This document shows, in pieces, positions 52,809 to 64,000 of a DNA stretch of 64,000 nt (positions are counted from its first letter, which is position 1; each line of letters opens with the position of its first letter). A program made the position numbers and the translations under genes. The stretch spans positions 87,358,001-87,422,000 of the forward strand of contig NC_135661.1 in the NCBI RefSeq assembly GCF_964188315.1. The letters run 5' to 3'. The notes under the pieces were generated by a model. It did no database searches. It was not told the DNA's origin and saw only the letters and a list, made by a program, of their open reading frames with translations. The DNA comes from Podarcis muralis (taxonomy: Eukaryota).

Positions 52809-53289
52809 TTGTTGTTTTTTAGTCGTGTCCGCCTCTTCGTGACCCCCTGGACCAGAGCACGCCAGGCACTCCTGTCTTCCACTGCCTCCCGCAGTTTGGT
52901 CAAACTCATGCTTGTAGCTTCGAGAACACTGTCCCACCATCTCGTCCTCTGCCGTCCCCTTCTCCTTGTGCCCTCCATCTTCCCCAACATCAGGGTCTTT
53001 TCCAGGGAGTCCTCTCTTCTCCTGAGGTGGCCAAAGTCTTGGAGCCTCAGCTTCAGGATCTGTCCTTCCAGTGAGCACTCAGGGATGATTTCCTTCAGAA
53101 TGGAGAGGTTTGATCTTCCTGCAGTCCATGGGACTCTCAAGAGTCTCCTCCAGCACCAGAATTCAAAAGCATCCATTATTCGGCGATCAGCCTTCTTGAT
53201 GGTCCAGCTCTCACTTCCATACACCGCTACTGGGAAAACCAGAGCTTTAACTACACGGACCTTTGTTGGCAAGGTGATGTCTCTGCTTC
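52809..53289 (-). mobile_element. RTE-BovB LINE, 3' fragment
   Basis: ORF 52784..53272: TKVRVVKALVFPVAVYGSESWTIKKADRRIMDAFEFWCWRRLLRVPWTA. Confidence 0.9.
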
Positions 53290-55789
53290 ACCTTGCAGAG
53301 GGGAGGAGGGCATGGAGAACAGTTTTTCTTGTAACCCAAAACTCGTGGGCACCCAGTGAACATTCAGGACAGATAAGAGTCTTTATTCGAGCAGTCCAGG
53401 GTTAATCTGTGGAACTCCTTCCCACAGGAGGCAGGGATGAGAACCAACTTGGATGTCTTTAGAAGAGGATTGAACAAATTCACAGGGGAGGAGGCAGAAC
53501 CAGGTGGGCCCTTGGCCTGATCCAGCAGGCAGGGTCTTAGGATGCCCTTACGCCACAGGGGCATCAGCGCCAGACCAGCTCCAAGCATGAATCAGCCGCG
53601 GATTTCACAGGGCACCAGAGCCCCAGGCTGCCCTCTGCTCCAGCTCCAAGGGCCTTTCCCTGCCTGCAGGGAGGGCGTCAGAGGAGCCAGCCATCCCAGT
53701 CTCCCTGTGGGTCCTCTCCCTCCCAGGTCGGGTGAGAGGGATTAGCTGTTCCTCCTCCCGGTGCCAGGCTTTGGCTGGGTCAACCCGCTTCCTTGTGATC
53801 ACGTTGGCAAGAGCAGCCGAGCCAGTTCTTTGTCCGCCGGTCACTGGAGGAGCCTCTGCCCGTTTGCCCGTCTTTGGGAAGAGGCTCTGGATCGGGGCCG
53901 GCGACTCGTTTGCGCTCCAGGGTGTGATCCTGGTCTGGTTGGAGCCCCCAGAGATGGGCAGGACCCCCCGGGACACAGAGGGAAGGGTGTGCGCTCTTGC
54001 AGGCTGGCTTCTCTGGTGGCACATGGTGGCTCAGCGCTGTGGCACCAGACCTGGCATGCTTCTGTCTGGCCAGCTGCCTGTGGGTTGGACATCCTGGGGG
54101 GGCAGGATGAGTGCCGGGCCTGACCAAGGGAGAAGAGAGCAGGACTAAGACTTCCCTTGATCTGGACACTCGATTCTGTGGATGCAGCCGAGAATAGCCT
54201 TCGCTTGTTTTGCTGTTGCATCACACTTTTTGTCAACCGGGACAGCAACGCAAGGGCCCTGACTGTCTTGTTAGGCTCACGAGCACGTGAGTTTCAACCC
54301 CCCCCCCCCATCCCCAAAGGATCTGGGTGGAATTCGGACCTACTAAAACTTTCCCCTTTCTCTATCGTGAACATGAAATTTATCACGGTCAGAGACCACC
54401 TTGAGAAACACAAACGGAAATACAATCCCAACTGCAAAACAAACATTTAAAACAATATACAACAATGGATTTTAAGTTTAGAAGTGCGAAAGGCATATAA
54501 ACACATTAAAACTTTAAAATAGAGAAAGGACCCAAAGTCGCCCGTGGATCCGGATTAGGGAATTTTCTTCACAAACTAGATTGAATCGCGGGATGGTATG
54601 TGCCTACAGATGTGTGCGCCTAATCTGGAGACAATCCGGGTAGTCTTGTGGTTTCTCTGTCTGTACAGTCCTTGCCCCCCCCCACATGCCAGTGGCTTTG
54701 TGGGCATCTGGGAAAGGCCATGAGGGTGCCCTTGCACCCGTGGGTGCCCTGTTGGCTACCCCTGCAGGAAAAGAAGCTGGAATAATAATGCAGGCAGGCC
54801 CTCTGATGACCTGGAGAACTCTGTCCCTGAATCCCAGGTATGTGCGGATTGCTTGGAAGGATGAAAGGGAAAGGCACTCTGCAGCAGCTCAGAGGCACTC
54901 TTGGTATGTTCTGGACAGGACTCGATTTCCTCAAGACAGAGGCGGGATCTGAGGCAGTTAGCAAGTCCAGCTCTGCTCTTTGAGGCTATTTATTCCAGGT
55001 CCAGGTGAGCGGCTTGCATTTGCATGGTGCTGATGGATCTCTGCCCATGCTCAGGGGTCCTTTCTTCATTTTTACTTTGCATTTCACCCCACTCATATTG
55101 GGCACTGAAAACATTTTCCTGGACAGGTGCTGGTTCTTGTAGGCCAGTTCTGGACCCGTAACCAAGAACCACGGAATCAGGAGGGAGCCCAAGGGCCTTG
55201 CAACGCAGGGATTTGCAGAGCTGGGAGAGAAATTGGGAAAGAGCCTTTCTGGGAGTCCCAGAAAGGAGAATGAAGTGGGAAAGGGTGCAGCAAGCCCCAG
55301 AAGAACCCCCACGCTCTGCAAGCGCAGAGAAGTTCCTGCCCTGGTGTTACAAAAAGAGAAAAACACTCTGTCTTTGGCTCCAGGCCTCTCCAGCTTTCGC
55401 AACAGGGGATGGAGCAACCGGTGGCTGTTTCTTCCTGGGACCTTCAGGCAGGTTCCTGACCCAGTTTATTACGCAAAGCTAACTCAAGGCTACCACCTCC
55501 TGCAGGAAGTAGGCACTGCAAGCCGGCGAGTTCCCCCCCATAGAATCATGAAACTGGAAGGGATCCTGCAGGTCATCTAGCCCAACCCGCTGCGATGCGC
55601 CTGCTACCGGGGGCACGCTCCTTGCGGAAAAAGTACCCCTTGACTTGGAAGTGCACAGAGGGCGGGATGCGTTGAATCCAATCTGGAGGAAAGCCGCTTT
55701 GTGTACGCTCAGAGGCAGCTTCCTTCTCCAGATTCCTGGAGGATAAGACCATCGAAGGCGATATGCAACCTCTGGGATAATAATAATAG

Positions 55790-56304
55790 TTATTGTTGTT
55801 GTTGTTGTTGTTTAGTCGTTTAGTCGTGTCCAACTTTTCGTGACCCCCTGGACCAGAGCACGCCAGGCACTCCTGTCTTCCACTGCCTCCCGCAGTTTGG
55901 TCAGACTCATGCTGGCAGCTTCAAGAACACTGTCCAACCATCTCGTCCTCTGTCGTCCCCTTCTCCTTGAATGTGGGGATGTTTCCCAACATCAGGGTCT
56001 TTTCCAGAGTTTTCTCTTCTCCTGAGGTGGCCAAAGTCTTGGAGCCTCAGCTTCAGGATCTGTCCTTCCAGTGAGCACTCAGGGCTGATTTCCTTCAGAA
56101 TGGAGAGGTTGGATCTTCTTGCAGTCCATGGGACTCTCCAGAGTCTCCTCCAGCACCATAATTCAAAAGCATCCATTCTTCGGCGATCAGCCTTCTTTAT
56201 GGTCCAGCTCTCACTTCCATACATCACTACTGCGAAAACCATAGCTTTTACTATACGGACCTTTGTTGGCAAGGTGATGTTTCTACTTTTTAAGATTCTG
56301 TCTA
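55790..56304 (-). mobile_element. RTE-BovB LINE, 3' fragment
   Basis: ORF 55907..56377: DITLPTKV-type motif NITLPTKVRIVKAMVF..YGSESWT; (CAA)n tail. Confidence 0.9.
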
Positions 56305-57249
56305 ATAATAATAATAATAATAAATTATTTATACCCCGCCCTCCCTGGCCAAAACCGGGCTCAGACATCAACATCAAATATATAACATATTACCATAAAA
56401 TCAAGCAATCAATTTGAACACAGGCCCAGACGGGGGGTGGGGGGGTTATATGGGCCACTTGTCCCAGGCCTCCGATTCCAAATGGGGCCTCGGTCAGAAT
56501 ATTTATCTATATTTTCCATTTTGTCTTTATATGCAGATACGGTTCAAGCCTTGAAATAAAATTATTCGTCAGCATAACTTTTGTGAAAATTATTTACATA
56601 ATTATTTATAAGACTTCAGTTACCCCCAGGGTAAAAAAAAAAAAGGGGGGGGGCACATTATCCACCTGCCCCGGGCCTCTGCCTGCCCCTGCACATCATA
56701 AACTCAAAAGTGCCGTCATGTGCATGCATGGAAGCGGCAAAGCGCGACCCACGCATGCAGAGTCGCGTCTTATGTCCGCTTTAGGATGCGAACGGGGCTC
56801 CAGAACGGATCCCGTTCGCATCCAGAGGTACCACTGTATTCTTTTATTTGGACTTTGTTACTTGAACCAACCTGAAGCTGCACTCATTTTATTTTATAGG
56901 TTTTGTTTTCCATCCGTAACACACACACATTTCTGTTTTACAATTTAAAATATTCATTTAAACAACCTTAAAATCTCAATTGCTTCCCTTCTTTTCTTTC
57001 TATGGTTCATTTTGCATAACATAAATCCCCTCATATTATATATAAACCAAACCATTCCGTATTCCATTATTACACCCATCACAACTTATTCACACTGCTG
57101 AATTTATCTTAATGCTGCCGACGTTTTCAAATGTACACAAACACCCCCCATATAGTCAATAAACGTTTTCCAATCTTCTTTAAACATATTTTCTTGTTTT
57201 CCACATTTTAAACTTTGTCCATCGTCATCACTGCTCCGCCCGCTTTTAT

Positions 57250-57673
57250 AACACATTGCAAAATAAAAGCCGAAAACGGAAGGAGCCCGCGCCAGCCATT
57301 CATTCATCCATCCGCCCAGGGCTGCACTTCGTTCGCCGCGTCGCCAGGGGGCGCTCTCGCTCCAGCCGCGCGCGGGAAAAGGGGAGAGGAGGGGCGTGGC
57401 TCGGACGGACGGGGCTCGCTTGCGCCGTCGACGCCCGCGATGGCCGCTTGACGCTATAAAGCTCCGCCGGAGGAGGAAGACGCCATAAGAGCGCGACAAC
57501 CCGGAAGCGGCTGGGCGCCGCCATATTGCGCGAAGCGCTTTCCAGGCTCCGGGCAGGAAGAAGGAGAGGAAGAAGAAGAAGAAGAAGAGGAGGAAGAAGA
57601 AGGCGGTGGAAGAGGAGAGGAAGGAGGAGGAGAGGAGGGGCCGCCTCCCCCTCAGCTCCCCGCCGGCCCAGCC
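57250..57673 (+). promoter_or_regulatory. RAB4B CpG-island promoter and 5' UTR
   Basis: CpG-rich; TATAAA at 57455, ETS-like CCGGAAGCGG at 57501, YY1-like GCCGCCATATTG at 57517, purine tract at 57555-57640. Confidence 0.7.
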
Positions 57674-63971
<6,298 letters not shown>

Positions 63972-64000
63972 GTATGTCTCTGCAGTGGCCTTCCTTCCTG

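Noticed and set aside
52784-53272. 162-aa ORF resembling a reverse transcriptase C-terminus
   Set aside because: 5'-truncated BovB fragment, not a host gene. The L2-derived ORFs at 36870..37415 and 33290..33721 are rejected for the same reason.
53841-54248. ORF MLSRLTKSVMQQQNKRRLFSAAST, which resembles a mitochondrial transit peptide
   Set aside because: Its 5' part is CR1 RT sequence (AGTGTGATGCA...GGCTGCATC...TCCAGATCAAGGGAAGT, as at 12410) read in another frame.

Overview
Vertebrate genomic DNA, almost certainly from a squamate reptile and probably a lacertid lizard (inferred from Sauria SINE, BovB, L2 and CR1 content). There is one 377-nt assembly gap at 50736-51112. Genes were reconstructed by hand from splice sites and phases, in order: ITPKC (+, last three coding exons), ACTMAP/C19orf54 (-, 6 exons, one U12-type intron), SNRPA (+, 6 exons, with its U1A autoregulatory PIE element), MIA (+, 4 exons), an intact 3-exon RhoU/RhoV-family GTPase gene (+, 232 aa) and RAB4B (+, first four exons). 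This matches the human 19q13.2 block ITPKC-ACTMAP-SNRPA-MIA-RAB4B, except that I know of no Rho gene between MIA and RAB4B in human. The best candidate novelty is therefore a third RhoUV paralog, probably a whole-genome-duplication ohnolog mirroring RHOU-RAB4A and lost in mammals. Its sequence mixes RhoU-like and RhoV-like features. Other notable items: two dispersed exon-bearing duplications (SNRPA exon 3; MIA exon 2 inserted into an L2 with a 13-bp flanking repeat), a two-unit-type G-rich minisatellite in ACTMAP intron 1, a 27-bp-stem palindrome inside a composite hAT element, an unexplained element bounded by 53-bp inverted repeats, and many nested transposon insertions with readable target-site duplications. 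Homology statements come from recalled sequences, not searches.
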